64,000 nucleotides of DNA. Source: Leucoraja ocellata (Eukaryota). This document shows, in pieces, positions 27,219-41,102 of this stretch (the first letter of the stretch is position 1; every line of letters starts with the position of its first letter). Position numbers and translations under genes: made by a program. The notes below the pieces were generated by a model that did no database searches, was not told where the DNA came from, and was given only the letters and a program-made list of their open reading frames with translations. The stretch spans positions 8,990,001-9,054,000 of the forward strand of contig JAWMAR010000016.1 in assembly GCA_036785375.1 (NCBI GenBank), given 5' to 3'.

Positions 27219-27391
27219 CTTCTTCTTATCGAGTCCACACACAAGATTAGAAGTTGTTCAGCCAGAGCTGAACACACTTCTCGGCATCTGCACAATGGTG
27301 TTCGGCTTGTCGCTTCTTGTACTTCTTGTGCATGGTGGTGGAAAGATTGGTGGAAACAGGGCTGCAACGTGAATGCTCTTTCCTTGACCCC
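27219..27391 (-). mobile_element. Short non-autonomous retroposon (Ingi/Vingi-like, bipartite) with (GAA)n tail and 11-12 bp TSD
   Basis: TSD TGGAGGCCAGT at 27208-27218 and 27392-27402. The minus-strand 3' end is ...TCGATAAGAAGAAG. The 5' end folds as an HDV-like ribozyme. The family assignment is inference. Confidence 0.75.
27340..27391 (-). ncRNA. Putative minimal HDV/CPEB3-like self-cleaving ribozyme
   Basis: GGGGTC-AA-GGAAAGA-GCA-TTCACGT-TGC-AGCCCT-G-TTTCCA-CCAA-TCTTTCC maps onto P1, J1/2, P2, P3, L3, P3', P1', P1.1 G, reduced P4, J4/2 (C-N-A-A) and P2'. Confidence 0.7.
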
Positions 27392-27898
27392 TGGAGGCCA
27401 GTAACAGCCTGGATGTAGACTTTGAAAATGGTGCCTCTTGCATGCCGGCTCAGTACACCATGTGTATTCGCTAATCAAGGATTGAGAATAAGGCAATACT
27501 CTGCTAGACTGTTTGTAAGATCAATAAATTCACTGTGTTACCACTTTGCACGTGACAATAATAGCACCATTACCATTACCATCTTACTATACCTTCAGTG
27601 ATTTGTGTACAAGCACCTTTGGGTCCTACTGAGCATTAACATTGCCCATTCTTACACCATTTAATAGATACATCATGCACCATAATGGATAACTTCACAT
27701 TTTTTCACACTATATTCCAACCGTCAGGTTTCGGAAACACATTCAGTTCTGATCCAGATTCAGATTAGATTAGTTTACTGCCAATATACAGCAGGGTGCT
27801 AAGAAATTTCTTGCTCATATGAAGCTCATAGAATAAATACCAAAATCAAAAATACAAAAGAGTATTTTTTCCTAGTTGGTTCCTAATTAACTGAGTAA

Positions 27899-28385
27899 AG
27901 GACCTGTCCCACTTGGCCGTCATTTGTGCCTCATTTACGCGTCATATGTAAAATAGGTTGGCACGTTGTGATGCGCGGCATCGCACGCAAACCACGTGTC
28001 ATCACGCGTCAGCACAGCCGTCCGGTGAGCGTGACGTCATTAGAATACCCTGCGGCATGCGGCAGGACGTTGATGCAAGGACATAAGGACGTTGACTCAC
28101 GGTGACATAACTATGCATCACCACGCGATACACGTGAGATGTCGGGACGCCAGTGTACGACGCCAATGCGTCAGCGTGCGTACACGATACGTCACGCAGG
28201 TGGTGCGCGAGGATTTTGTTCCTGTACGAAATCCTGGAGCGCCGCGCGATACCGCGCACCACCACATATTGTTCCACGCCTCACCATGCGCAACGCATGC
28301 GCACCCCACGCGTCACGACGTGTCGACCTAATTTACATATAACGCGTAAATGAAGCACAAATGACGGTCAAGTGGGACAGGCCCT
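27899..28385. mobile_element. PIF/Harbinger-like MITE, CpG-rich, long TIRs
   Basis: Imperfect TIRs of about 75 bp starting AGGACCTGTCCCACTTG and ending CAAGTGGGACAGGCCCT; TAA TSD. Confidence 0.8.
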
Positions 28386-28769
28386 TAAGGCATCTCATGA
28401 AGTTATTTCTTACATTTTTGATTCATCCAGTCTAAATGAAGGTTGTCTCCCATAATTTTTATATTGCCCCTGTTGTGTATACGTCCATTTCCTCATTGCC
28501 AACTACTATAAAGTAAATCCTATCTTTTCTCTCTACACTTTGCTGTTTCTTAGCTCAATCTATATTACGGTTCGTGCCAACCATGATGCCAATAGGACAA
28601 GGATGAGGAGACATTTCTTTATACATGACATTGTCCTGGAGGGCAGTGAGGGCTCAATCACTCGGCACATTCAAAACAAAAATAGGTTATACACCGGCAA
28701 CTGATGGTCCGACCACCCCTGTAACCCAGACACTATCACCACAGCTCAGTCGTCGACTGTCGGAGAAGG

Positions 28770-29065
28770 GGGAGGCGGCGGCAGTGTGGGGAGGAGGGGG
28801 CAATGGTGGGTGAGTAGAGGGTGTGTGGGGGGGGGGGGGGGGGGTGGACTGGAGGGAGGGGAGGGGAGGGGAGGAGGTGGGGAGGGGGAGGGGAGGGTTA
28901 GAAGGGTGGAGAAGTAGAGGGGGAGGGGGGAGGTGGAGGGGGGTGCAGGAGTGGGGAGGAAGGGGGAAGTGGAGGGGGGGTGGAGGAGGAGGGGAGGTGG
29001 GGGGAAGTGGAGGGGGGGAAGAGGAAGGGGATAGTGGGGGAAGGGGGAAGAGGAGGTGGAGGGGG
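28770..29065 (+). repeat. G/purine-rich low-complexity tract
   Basis: Continuous GGGA/GGGG runs. Confidence 0.9.
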
Positions 29066-30929
29066 CAGTACCTATAAACTAAACTAAACTAAACAAAACT
29101 AAGCATGTTTGATGTGCTAAATAGCCTACACTTGCTACTACCAGAATAAAGAGAAAAATAAAACTTGAGAAAGAGAGAAGAGGAGAAATAAGAAATAAGA
29201 CAAATAAATACATATTTTATTAGAATAATTCTTCCTTGCTCAATTGACATTTTAACCCGTGCACTTTAATGTAAAAGATGAGATAGGATTAACTCCAAAA
29301 TTAAAACTGACACAGAGAAGAATGCTGAAAGATGCCAATAGATTGAATCACGTGTTGCTGCCAAGTTGACTCCATTACATTAAGATTGTACTTTAGATGT
29401 AAAGGAAAACAAACCTTCATTCATTATTTGCCAATTCCATTATTTCTTTTGAAGCAACACTCCAAACAAAGTAATGTAACTCCCATTGCCAAATTGAGGA
29501 ATTGTAAGTTAATGGCAGCTTTCATCACTGTTATTGTACTGCTCCCTCCCCAGTGACAGCACTTTGTTACAGTGCTCCATGCACTTGGCCTTGGTCGAAA
29601 GCCAAAACCACATGATGCCAGTGTTAAAGTTGGCACGTGCATCAGGAATACAACATGAACTGATCCGAAGGCGATACACAATGGAGACTGTCAGGTGATT
29701 GTGTGTCTGGTGCAGGATTCTAAACGATGGAGATGATTCTGGGCTCATTTTCAGGTCCAGTGTTGGCATTTCAGAGACAGGGTACATGTAAAGCAAGGGA
29801 AGAATCAAGACACCGTTCCCTCTGCAACCCACAGCAGATGGGAAATTATCCCGGAGCTCCAGCAGTTACAGCTGATTTGCCTCATAGATAACAAATGTGG
29901 CTGGCCTGCCTTGCTGAAGTGGTCCTCAGAAAGGTTGGGGTTGAGGCTAGAGAAAGCTAGGGGAGGACAATATGTTGATTTTTATATCTCTAATATGGTA
30001 GACTACTCGACTAGATCAAGTGGACACTTCTAGTCTTGGAGGCTGAACGTGCTGCCTGCTCCCCTCTTTAGTTCTGCCCATTTGTCAACAAGATCCTCTG
30101 AATTGCCTCGACCACCCTAACGGACTTGCCCCAACCCCGCAACCCGACACCTGATTTACACGCCCCACACAATGCCGAAGAAATGGATCTTATGAATCAA
30201 GCACGGGTCCTTTACAAAAACAAAAGGTGGAATGCATATGAGTTTCTGCCTGAGGGTAAACACTATCATCACAACCTCGTTGGGAAGTGGAACCACTCTA
30301 TGCCAGTACTACAGCAGCAGCATTCATACACTCTTAACTATTTGTTTGTGGCCATCCAACATCAGTTCTTCTGTTCACACAACTTGTAAATTTTATTTTA
30401 TAAGCACAGCAGAAACATTTAATAAAACATGTTCAGAAAAGGCAGAAATGGGCCATTCATTCGGGTGATTTGAAAGACAACGGTTAGACGTGTTGTGAAT
30501 GTAAAGAGCAGAACACATTGTACACTAACCCACAGAACATATTCACAATAGATCATCATCCACGTTTACCCTGCTTTTGCACAGGGCTTTGATGTGCTTT
30601 GTACATCACTGCCTCATAACCCTATCATGCCAAGTTATTTAATTTGACAATCTGCGTTGCCAACCAGGGACTGACAGCTGAAACAAAGGCTGCAAGATCT
30701 TTAATTTATTCTACAATCACAATGAAGCAAACAGAAGTTGCCATCATTCACTGCAAAGTTCATTGAAGAGCTGCATGTGGATTCATTTGGAAATTGGAAG
30801 ATAACTCCCATGATTGAAGAAAGGGACTGGTTCTGTGACAATGGAATGCTCACTCTCACCAGACTCCTTCCTGATTCAACGAAAACAATGACATTCACCT
30901 TAACTCCTTGTTCGCTAACTTTAGTGTTT

Positions 30930-31078
30930 CAGAGGGAACTGCAGATGCTGGAGAATCGAAGGTTACACAAAAAAGCTGGAGAAACTCAGCGGGTGCAGCA
31001 GCATCTATGGAGCGAAGGAAATAGGCAACGTTTCGGGCCGAAACCCTTCTTCAGACTGATCGGGGGCGGGGTAAACCC
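30930..31078 (-). mobile_element. Penelope-derived terminal fragment with 17-bp TSD
   Basis: CGCTAACTTTAGTGTTT at 30913-30929 and 31079-31095; the body matches the PLE terminal sequence at about 47165-47300. Confidence 0.85.
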
Positions 31079-32921
31079 CGCTAACTTTAGTGTTTGCCTC
31101 TGTTTCTACTCTTTGATCTCTTGAGAATGGTGGTGTTACACTGAAAGGCTGCACATTTATATTCTTCAATTGTTAAGTGTGGAAATGCACCCAAAGTAGC
31201 AAACAAAATAGTTCCCTCTCCCCTGATTCTCAGTCTGAAGAAAGGACTCGACCCAAAACGTCACCATTCCTTCTCTCCGAAGATACTGTCTGTCCTGCTG
31301 AGTTACTCCAGCATTTTGTGTCTATCTTCGGTGTAAACCAGCATCTGCAGTTCCTTCCTACACAATAATTGATTGATTGTCCGAGGGAGACAGAAGGAGG
31401 TTTGCAATACTCCAGCTTTCATTCAATGCTCCGTTAAGTGGAATGAGAGATATCACAAGCATAACCAAGCATAACCCACTCCTGAAATAGTCAATGCCCA
31501 CCAAACATTGATCCAACTTAAAGCAATCGTTCAATTCTCAAAGCACAAGAGTTATCATTAGCTTGAGGGAATGACACACTTATTCTGTAAATGATGTTCT
31601 AAGAAATCAGAGAGCTGAAAGAGAGTACGTCCAAAACTTACTCAGAACTGCCTGCCTATAACTTTACTGAAAGTGCAACAGAATAATCTTTCAACACAAG
31701 TAAGGCAGTTGCTCAGGTGAAAGTGAAGTTGTGCAACCCCGGCAGTTTCAGGGAAATTCCTGGTCGTGGGCTGATAATGTCTCTTAAGAGCAGAGCAAAA
31801 AGATATTGCGTCCAAATCCAGAAATCTGCAAAGTAAATTGTAGTGTTTTGTCCTGATTGCCACTTGGAATCCTGCTCTGGCTTGGTGCAACAATAGATAA
31901 ACTCAAGCTGTGGAGAGGGTCCATTCTTAATGAGGAATCCTTTGCAGATATAGTGAACTGACGATTCTGTGTATCTGTTCTGCATATTGCTGGGTTAAAT
32001 AGTCTGTTCTTTCTCCTGACGGGAATATGAATAAAAGCAAAACAATCAATTCCCATTCCACTACAATAGCCGTGTTGCTGTTTCATTTCGAAAGCAGGGT
32101 TGTTTTTCCTTCCATAGATACTGCCTGTCCTCATAGGGTTATCTAGCATTTTCTGTTTTTAATTCATTTCTAAAGTAGCTTGCCAGAACGTGGCAAATGA
32201 GAAAAGAATTGGCTAATACCAGACTGGATTGCAAGTTAGTGTTCGGTACAATTCACTTCCTTCCTTTTCAGTATTTCACTGCGTGTTTATTGTATGAGGA
32301 ATCTATCAACTTCTTCTTAATATAAGAAGCTTGCACATTCCATTAAGGTTCAGTGTCACTACCGATCCTGACATCTCTTCCCTAATGAACTGGACTGGGC
32401 GTTGATCTTCTTAGTATCTGGTGGTGGAAGTATTAGGGATGACTGATACAGATATTCAAATTCAGGAATGTGTAGGAAGGAACTGCAGATGCCGACTTAC
32501 ACCTGAGATAGACACAAAGTGCTGGAGTCACTCAGCGGGTCAGGCAGCATCTCTGGAGAGAAGGAATGGATGACAATTCATGTCGAGACGCTTCTTCAGA
32601 TTAGGATTAGGAAGGTGTTAATTCGGTGGAAATGGCGATTCTTTCACTTGGAAGCACACAGTGAAACAAAAAACACACACATACATGGCAGAGTAAATCA
32701 AATGAAGGGTCTGGAAACGTCACCTATCCGTGTTCTCAGAGATGTCGCCTGACCAGCTGAATTACTCCAGCACTTTGTGCCTTTCTCTGTTAACACATTT
32801 GCTAGTATTTTGCCACAGAAGCCCAGATTGTCCATCAGTGATAAGTCAGTGATATAACTGACAGGTCGGTGATAAAGATGGGTCTGGCTACCATATCCGA
32901 CAGCCTTCTGAACTACAAACT

Positions 32922-33240
32922 GGGCAGCACGGTGACGCAGCAGAAGAGTTGCTGCCTTACAGCGCCAAAGACCTGAGTTTGATCCTGACGAAAGGTGCTG
33001 CTTGTTTGGAGTTTGTACCTTCTCCCCGTGACCTGTGTGGGTTTTATCCGGGATCTCCGGTTTCCCCTAACACTCCAATGATGTACAGGTTTGTAGGCTA
33101 ATTGGCTTGGTATAATTGTAAACTGTTCCTAGTGTGTGTCAGATAGTGTTAATGTGCGGAGGTCGCTGGTCGGCACGGACTCGGTGGGCCGAAGGGTCTG
33201 TTTCCCTGCTGTATCTCTAAAATTAAAAACTTAAACTAAA
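32922..33240 (+). mobile_element. V-SINE (HE1-like)
   Basis: Head, V-domain and tail. Confidence 0.85.
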
Positions 33241-34304
33241 ATTACAGTCCATTAAAGGCCACAGTCAATTATCATAGTCATCGAATCATACAGTGTGGAA
33301 CCAGGCCCTTCTGCTCAACATGCCCATGATGAACACATGTCCCATCTACACTAATTTCACTTGCCTGCATTTGGCCCTTATTCCTCTAAACCTATCCAAC
33401 CCACGTACCTGTCTAAATGTTTCTTAAACATTGCCTCAACTACTTTCTCTGGCAGCTCGTTCCATACACCCACCACCCTTTGTGGAAAAACGTTACACCT
33501 CAGGTTCCTGTTAAATCTTTCTCCCATCCTTACTTGAAAATTTTAGACACAATCAAAGCCACCAGGAGCTTGATGCTTTGAGATCCATCGCATCATTTTG
33601 TCCCCTGGCTGAGAAATCTTGTGAAGATTTACAAAGACAAAAACTGCCCTTTGCAATAAGGCACTCTGTTATTTCATACTACTCAAACCTTTCCAACTTG
33701 AACCGATGCGTTTTGGTAATAATTAATTGAAGGCGTTTGGGACTTATTAAACTTCATTATATTAAGTTTACCAGTTATCCAGCATGAATCAGAACTCACA
33801 GTGTGGATTCAATGACCTGACCTGCCCAATTGATTTTATACCTATCATAACAGGCAAGAAAATCCAAGTTTAAATGCAATGAAATCTACTGTAATGACAA
33901 GACTTCATTTAATTTACCCTCAGATGTTCAAGGACATCGATTGTTATGAAAATAAATGCATTTATCATGGTTTAAAACAACAGCTTGTGAACTAATTGTT
34001 AGGTGGTTGCTTTCAATTTTGTCCTCATTCGGTGCTACTTAACTCAAGTAGCCAAGTGCCACAGTGAATTCAGAGTGCACCAGGTTTTGTATAATACCCT
34101 TTGTACAGCATTGATATTACCACAATAGTTCAATAGTGCTTTGCAACTGTGCAACTTCACAGTGAGATTATTTTTGCCTATATTACACGTGTTGGCACCG
34201 CTATGTTTTGGTGCCATTGTTCAAAGTACAAAATCTGGTCGGCCCGCACGCTCGATGTACTGGTGCAGTTCCTGCAAACCAACCTCCCTCCCTCCCCTCG
34301 CCAC

Positions 34305-34745
34305 CAAAATATAGATGCAGGAGTGGGCCATTCAATATGATCATGGCTGATCATCCAAAATCAGTACTCCGTTCCTGCTTTCTCCCCATATCCCTTGATT
34401 TCGTTAGCCCTGAGAACTAAATCTAACTCTCTCTTGAAAACATCCAGTGAATTGGCCTCCACTGCCATCCGTGACAGAGAATTCCACAGATTTCCTCATC
34501 TTAGACCTAAATGGCCTCCCCCTTGTTCTTAAACTGTGATCCATGGTTCTGGACCCCCAACGGGGAACATTTTTCCTGCATCTAGCCTGTCCAATCCCTT
34601 AAGAATTTTATATGTTTGTATAAGATTCCCTCTCATCCTTCTAAATTCCTGTGAATATAAGCCCAGCCGATCCATTCTTTCATCATATGTCAGTCCCGCC
34701 ATCCCGGGAATTAACCTGGCAAACCTACGCTGTGCTCCCTCAATG
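34305..34745 (-). mobile_element. CR1 LINE 3' fragment
   Basis: AQRRFARLIPGMAGLTYDERMDRLGLYSQEFRRMRGNLIQTYKILKG. Confidence 0.85.
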
Positions 34746-37700
34746 TACCGAGGCATCTTATGTATCTAGTTACATAAATTGTTATGTTTCTTTCACCATC
34801 GGATAAATTATACAGACACACTGGAATAGATAAAAGGTGTTGCATAGATTTCTATCCACAAGACTAGTAAAAAAAAATGACCCCCCCCGCTGAAGAAGTA
34901 CAGGAAATTCCAACGTAAACTATTTAGACATGCAAGTGTGTCTCTACACTCGGAAGAATTAGTATTATTGGGATTGTATAAAATCCATAAAATATTTCAA
35001 AGTCCACTCTTGTGATATGGAATAGACCCCATGTGCAACGGAACCCGTTATTCCCCAGCTGTTATTCTGATATGATAGAAAAAGCAGATATGGATGTGCT
35101 TTCCAATTACTCTCCTGGTTTGGACCATACTGATAAATATGGAGTTTTCAACAAATTGGATTAATTGGCCTCATGCAGAAGGTAAACATGATTTTATCTA
35201 TTTTCGTTTTTTGAGGATAAGTAGTTTAAACATGTTTCCACATCATTATAAGCAGGAGGTTAATTACTGCAGTGGAAATTACATGGCTGAAGTAATTTCA
35301 AATTCCATTATTGCCCTGTTATTTATTTTTTAATGTTAATAGACATAACTATAATCTATTTCTCAAAGTAGAACTGCAACATAAATGTTTTAAAGACTCC
35401 CTCTCATTCACCATATTGAGGGACATAAAGCATCGTTCATTCATCATTGCTAGGAATACATTTTCTCCATGAAACACACTGTGGGAGTTTCCTCGCCACT
35501 AATGGCCGTGCCATTTCAAAGCATTGACTTCTTTCTGCTTTATGAGGTTTGCACGAAGAAGAAATGTTTGTATTTAATGAGCTCAGCTTGTCGGGTTCTT
35601 TCCATCGCTTACTGATGGCCTCGGGCATCGTCAGCCGATCCACAAATCTGAATGTCACTTTCTATGCCCATTACTCTCTTGCATCGACTGTAAGTCTCAT
35701 CTTCTTTCTGCTGCAACATGTCCTGGTTTACTCTAAGGCAACCATAGACCATGGAGCTTGCATTATACATGTTGAATGTTGAATGTTATCAACAGGAGAA
35801 GTTGCTCAACAAGCTTCACTTTCCCGTGATCATGTTGACATCAAGTTTGCTGCAAACTTTGGACTGGGCCAATACTGGTGTGATTTCTTCCAGAGTTATA
35901 GTTGGATGAGGCTTCTGTTTGTCTGAGTGATTCTAGTTCATTGAGTTCATGGATATCTTCAACCACCTTTTGGGCTTCTAAGTTACCACCTATTTAGTGA
36001 CTTTGGCTAGAACCCCCTTTCAGCTCATCCCTTGCTGTTTCTTTTCAAACATTCCCTTCAATACATTTAGTTTTTTACATGGATGATTGATTTCTCTTTG
36101 GAGTCAATAGTGTTATGAAATATGGTAGATGGAGTTTAAGAAGACTTATGGTAGGCTCGCCTTCATCACGGGGCATTGACTATGAGAGTCGGGTTGTCAT
36201 GTTGCAGCTTATTGGACTTTGGTTAGGCCACATTTGGAGTATCGTGCGCTGTTCTGGTCATTCCCATCACCGCAAGGATGTGAAGGCATTGGAGAAGGTG
36301 CAGAAGAGGTTTACCACAACGCTGCCTGAATTCAAAAGTATTCAAAAGAGGCATAGATAGGATAGACAATGAAAACCTATCTTCCTACTTGGAAACATCA
36401 AAGAACATCAAAGAGAAGGATAACTGAACTTTGAGCCTTCCCTCACAGTAGGAAACTTTGATTCCGCTGTGCAGGGGATGTTTATGTTGAAATACTATCG
36501 TGTTTTGTTCTTTTTTTATTCGTATGGCTGTACGATGACCACAAATTTCACTGTACCGATTGGTGCATGTGACAATAAACGTCTCTTGAATCTTGAAATA
36601 TCAAAGACTAGAGGGCGTAGCTTTTGGATGAGAGGGGCATTGTTTTAAGGAGATGTGCAGGGCAAATATCTTACGTAGAGTGGTGGTGAGCACCTGGAAC
36701 ATGTCGCCAGAGATGATGGTAGCCGACCAATAGTGGCCTTCAAGAGGCAGGCAGGTAGGTAGGTGGTGATGGAGGGTATGGAGGGAGATGGGTCATGTAC
36801 AGGTAGATGAGGTTTGTTTAATTTGTTCATGTTCGGCATGGTTATTGTGGGCCGAAGGGCCTGTTCCTATGCTGTATTGTTCTACTTTATGTAGTTCTCA
36901 TTGCAGTGGTGCTGTGGAAGCGTTAGTTAGACAGATCTTTTTTATTCGCTTGTTGCTCTTTAATTTGTAAAGTTTTATTCATCTTATTATCAAAGGGAAA
37001 TATTGTAATCTATTCACTGCTCAGACACTGAACTGCTATATTTGTTTATGTTATGGCTCAAACAATATTCATGAACTGAGACTAAAATTAATGAGCCATA
37101 CACAGAACTAAGGTAAGCTAAAGCAAAAATCATACAACTGAAGATAACTCGAGAGGCCGAGCAGCATCTGTGGAGGCAAAGCGATCGTTAATGGAAAATG
37201 TTAAATTCAGTGCAAACGGTGGGCAACTGTCATTTGATTAATAAAGTTGAAATTGAACGCCTTGTGATCAAATGTCACATGAATAAATCATCAGATAAAT
37301 GCTAAACCAGAGTTAGCAATCATTAGTACTTTATCGAAGGGTCTCGACCCGAAACGTCACCCATTCCTTCTCTCCAGAGATGCTGCCTGTCCCATTGAGT
37401 TACTCCAGCATTTTGAGTCTGCATTCCATTACTTCTTCAACAACAGATTGAGAAGTGTTCATTGTAGATAGTAATGTGAATATCACAGAGAGAGAGAGAG
37501 TGGAAGATACAACCTTCCCAGGAGAAAAGGGCAGGAGATACATCAGCAAAGGAAAGAAAATGTTAATAGATTCATTTTAGAAGAATTACATTATTAACAC
37601 TGAACTGTTGCCTTAATTCAAGATTAGCGGCCATATATATAAGATAGTAATTGCTAAATCTTGTAAATAACTCGGACTAAATTTCTTTATCTGAACATCT

Positions 37701-39294
37701 TGAGAACAGGACCTTCTGACAAGAATTGGGCAATTGTCTTTAAGGAAAGGCTGGTAAATGTGGGATGTAGAGAGGAATAGTTGCATTGACCTCATCAGAC
37801 AGAGTGAGGTAAGAAGAGTCTTACTTGGTTCATGAACACTGATAAAGGTCTAGGGCCAAAGATAGACACAAAATGCTGGAGTAACTCAGCAGGACAGGCA
37901 GCATCTCTAGAGAGAAGGAATGGGTGAAGTTTCAGGTCGAAACCCTTCTTCAGATCCGAAACGTCGCCCATTCCTTCTCTCCAGAGATGCTGCCTGTCCC
38001 GCTGAGTTACTCCAGTATTTTATGTCTTTCTTTGGTTTAAACTAGCATCTGCAGTTTCTTCTAACACAAAGGTCTCGGGCCAACTGGGTTGTATCTACTT
38101 CTTTTCCATTCTGTCTAATTGCATTATGCAACAAGATTTCATTGCATCCACTGGTGGCATTAAAGCATGGCAATGAAACCGAGGTTAGGTTAAGTCCAAT
38201 CTTCCAAAGCCCATAATTTCAAGATAGTTTTAACGGAGAGAGGGAAAGACTGCAGTAAACTGTACGCTGATTGGAGGGAAAGTGGCAGGGCCCATGGTGA
38301 GGGATGAACTATCTGGAGGGAATTATTTATGCAGTTAGAATGCCCTATCGAAGGTTGGTTTTGTTTTACTAACCTGTTTTAAACTTTGGTAGTTGTTGAC
38401 TATGCATTAAAAGAGTTGAATTGAATGCCTTGGCAGTTGATGCATTTTCAGAGGAAATGTCATTATATTGAGCTTCAATTGAAGAATAGTAGTAAGTAAA
38501 TAGTAGTAAGAGAATGCCACAACTGAGATATCCATTGATGCGTGTAGTGACATGGGCTCCTGCAATCAATGCTGGGATACCATTTTCTCACTGTATCGAG
38601 CTGGGATTGGCGCAGATTACAGGTTTCTGCATTATCGGCACTACAGGGATAAACATTCTGGAGAAAAGGGAGGAGTCTGGTGACCCAAATTATTGTCATC
38701 CATATATAAAGCAGTCTGCAATGACATATTAACGTCACACACTTGAATCTCATATGAGCTCTATTGTACAAAATTGTGAATAGAATGACTGATGGACAGT
38801 GTTCCAAAAACACATCTGACCAGAATAATCCAGGCCCCTGTGAATCATGTTGGGAATCAAGATGTGCAAAACATACCTAGATTCGTGAATGAGTTGATGG
38901 TACATTGGCAGAAGCTGTTTAACGCAGCAAAGCGTGAAATAGTTCACTATGGAGCTAAAAACAGCAAATCAAGTGATAATCTAATTGGAAACGCATTAAA
39001 TGGATTGGCGAACAAAAATGTTAATGATTGAATTATATAATGCCGCAGAAGATGGTCACAAATACAAAATATTGCCAGAAAGATTAATTGGATAGTAAAG
39101 AGCACCAGATGATTATTAAAATGTAAAAACAAAAATTGCTTTTTGATGACTCACGTTAAGAAGGATATACCGGTTTTGATTTTCCATAGTGACTAAGGGG
39201 ATGAGGGGACGGATTGAATGGGAGAAAGAAATCACTTTCCCTGTAGATAGGATTTAGAAAATTAGCTCATGAAGTTTCGCAAAAGTGGTTAAAT

Positions 39295-39562
39295 TTAGTT
39301 TAGTTTAGTTTAGGGATGCATCGCGGAGAGAGGCTCTTCGGCCATCTGAGTCCGCGCCGACCAGCGATCCCCGCACACTTACACTATCCTACACACACTA
39401 GACACAATTTATAATTTTACCAAGCCAATTAACCTACAAACTTGTACGTCTTCAGAGTGTCGGAGGAAACCGGAGCTCCCGGAGAAAACGCACGCAAGTC
39501 ACGGGGAGAACGCACAAACTTCGTGCAGACAGCAGCCATAGTCAGGATTGAACCCAGGTCTC
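39295..39562 (-). mobile_element. V-SINE (HE1-like), 5'-truncated
   Basis: (TTTAG)n followed by the reverse-complement body. Confidence 0.8.
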
Positions 39563-40876
39563 TTGGGAATTCACCAAAATGAGTTTAGAGTGTATTCAGA
39601 ATAAATGAACACAACTCAAAGTAAAGCTGCAATATGTAGCTCTAGATTAGATTAGATCTGTAGTAAATGGTGGAAGACATGAGTTCAGGAGCAGGACCTT
39701 CTCAGGCACTGGTCCACAACTGACTGCTGTTGCACAGATTTTCTTCCAGTGATTTCCCACCTGATGCTCCTTTCCAAGGCCAGGCTGGAGGTTGGTCTGG
39801 AGCCTTCTGCATGTCAGTGGCCTCATGCAGAATCAATGGGCAGAGTTAATGATGGTGGCAGATTAGAGTCTTGGACAGAGGTGATTATGGGCTTGCAGCA
39901 AGAGGTGCTGCAAGATCACCGTGCCGCCACTGTTAACATATTTGAATGAATTGCCCTCAAAGTTCTGGTAAAAGAGGGGCACCACTGGTCAATGCCGCAC
40001 TTTATCTGTCCACTGCCTTCCTTTTACTGCTTATGGAACAGGGGTAAGACATTGGTTTGGGGATTGATCAACAAACAATGGGTTTCAGTTTAGCAATGCT
40101 GATCTCGCACGTTGCCACAAAGATGTGCTTTGGCTCCGTACAATCAGCATTGGGTGAGAAATAGAGTGTCGTAGTTCTGGGTACGCTGGGGATTTAAAAA
40201 AAGTGGGAAATAAATGTGCAGAGTTTACAGAAATTGTATCAAGAAATTTTTAATTTTTTAGATACGAACTGTGCAAACTTTAATTTTACCCAAGTAGATC
40301 ACGCCACTGAACATTTTAAAGGGAAATTTTGATAATTACAGAATTCGATGTGGCCAGCCAGTATGTTATCTCCTCTGTATGTTATCCAGGTTAGAGTACC
40401 TGCAGAGGTTCATAAAGCTCTATAGCACGGAAACAGGCCCTTCAGCCCAGCTCATCTATGCTGACAAAATGCCTACATAATCAAATCCCATTTGCCTACT
40501 TTTGCCAATATTCTTTTAAACATTTCCTATCCATGTTCCTATCCAAATGACTTTTAAATGTTGTAATTGTACCTGCCCCTCCCATCTCTTCTGGTAGCTT
40601 GTTCCATCTACCCGCCATCCTCTGGGTGTAAACCTGTTCCTCAGATCCCCTTTAAATCTTTCCCCTCTCACCTTAAAACTATGCCCTCTGGTTTTACACT
40701 CTCCTACCCAGAGTGAAAAAGATTATGAATATCCACCTTATCCATGCCCCTCGTCACTCCTCAACCACTTTCGTTCCTTGGATAAAAAATCTCAGATTAT
40801 CCAATATTCCTTATAACTCAATCGTGTGTTTTAGGTAACCACCCTTGTGAATCTTTTCTGCACCCTCTCTAGCTAA

Positions 40877-41102
40877 TGCCCCTGTCCAACTTAGGAAACC
40901 TGAACGGAAACCTCTGGAGACTTTGTGCCCCACCCAAGGTTTCCGTGCGGTTCCCGGAGGTTGCAGGTGGTTGCCGGAGGTTGCAGGTAGTGGAAACAGG
41001 TAGGGAGACTGACAAAAACCTCCAGGAACAGCACAGAAACCTTGGGTGGGGCGCAAAGTTTCCAGAGGTTTCTGTTCAGGTTTCCTAAGTGGGACAGGGG
41101 CA
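40877..41102. mobile_element. PIF/Harbinger-like MITE inserted in a CR1 fragment
   Basis: TIRs TGCCCCTGTCC...AGGAAACCTGAACGGAAACC of about 85 bp; flanks TAA and TCA; same family as 50106-50332. Confidence 0.8.

Noticed and set aside
27960-28340. CpG island or promoter
   Set aside because: The CpG-rich stretch lies wholly within a TIR-bounded MITE.
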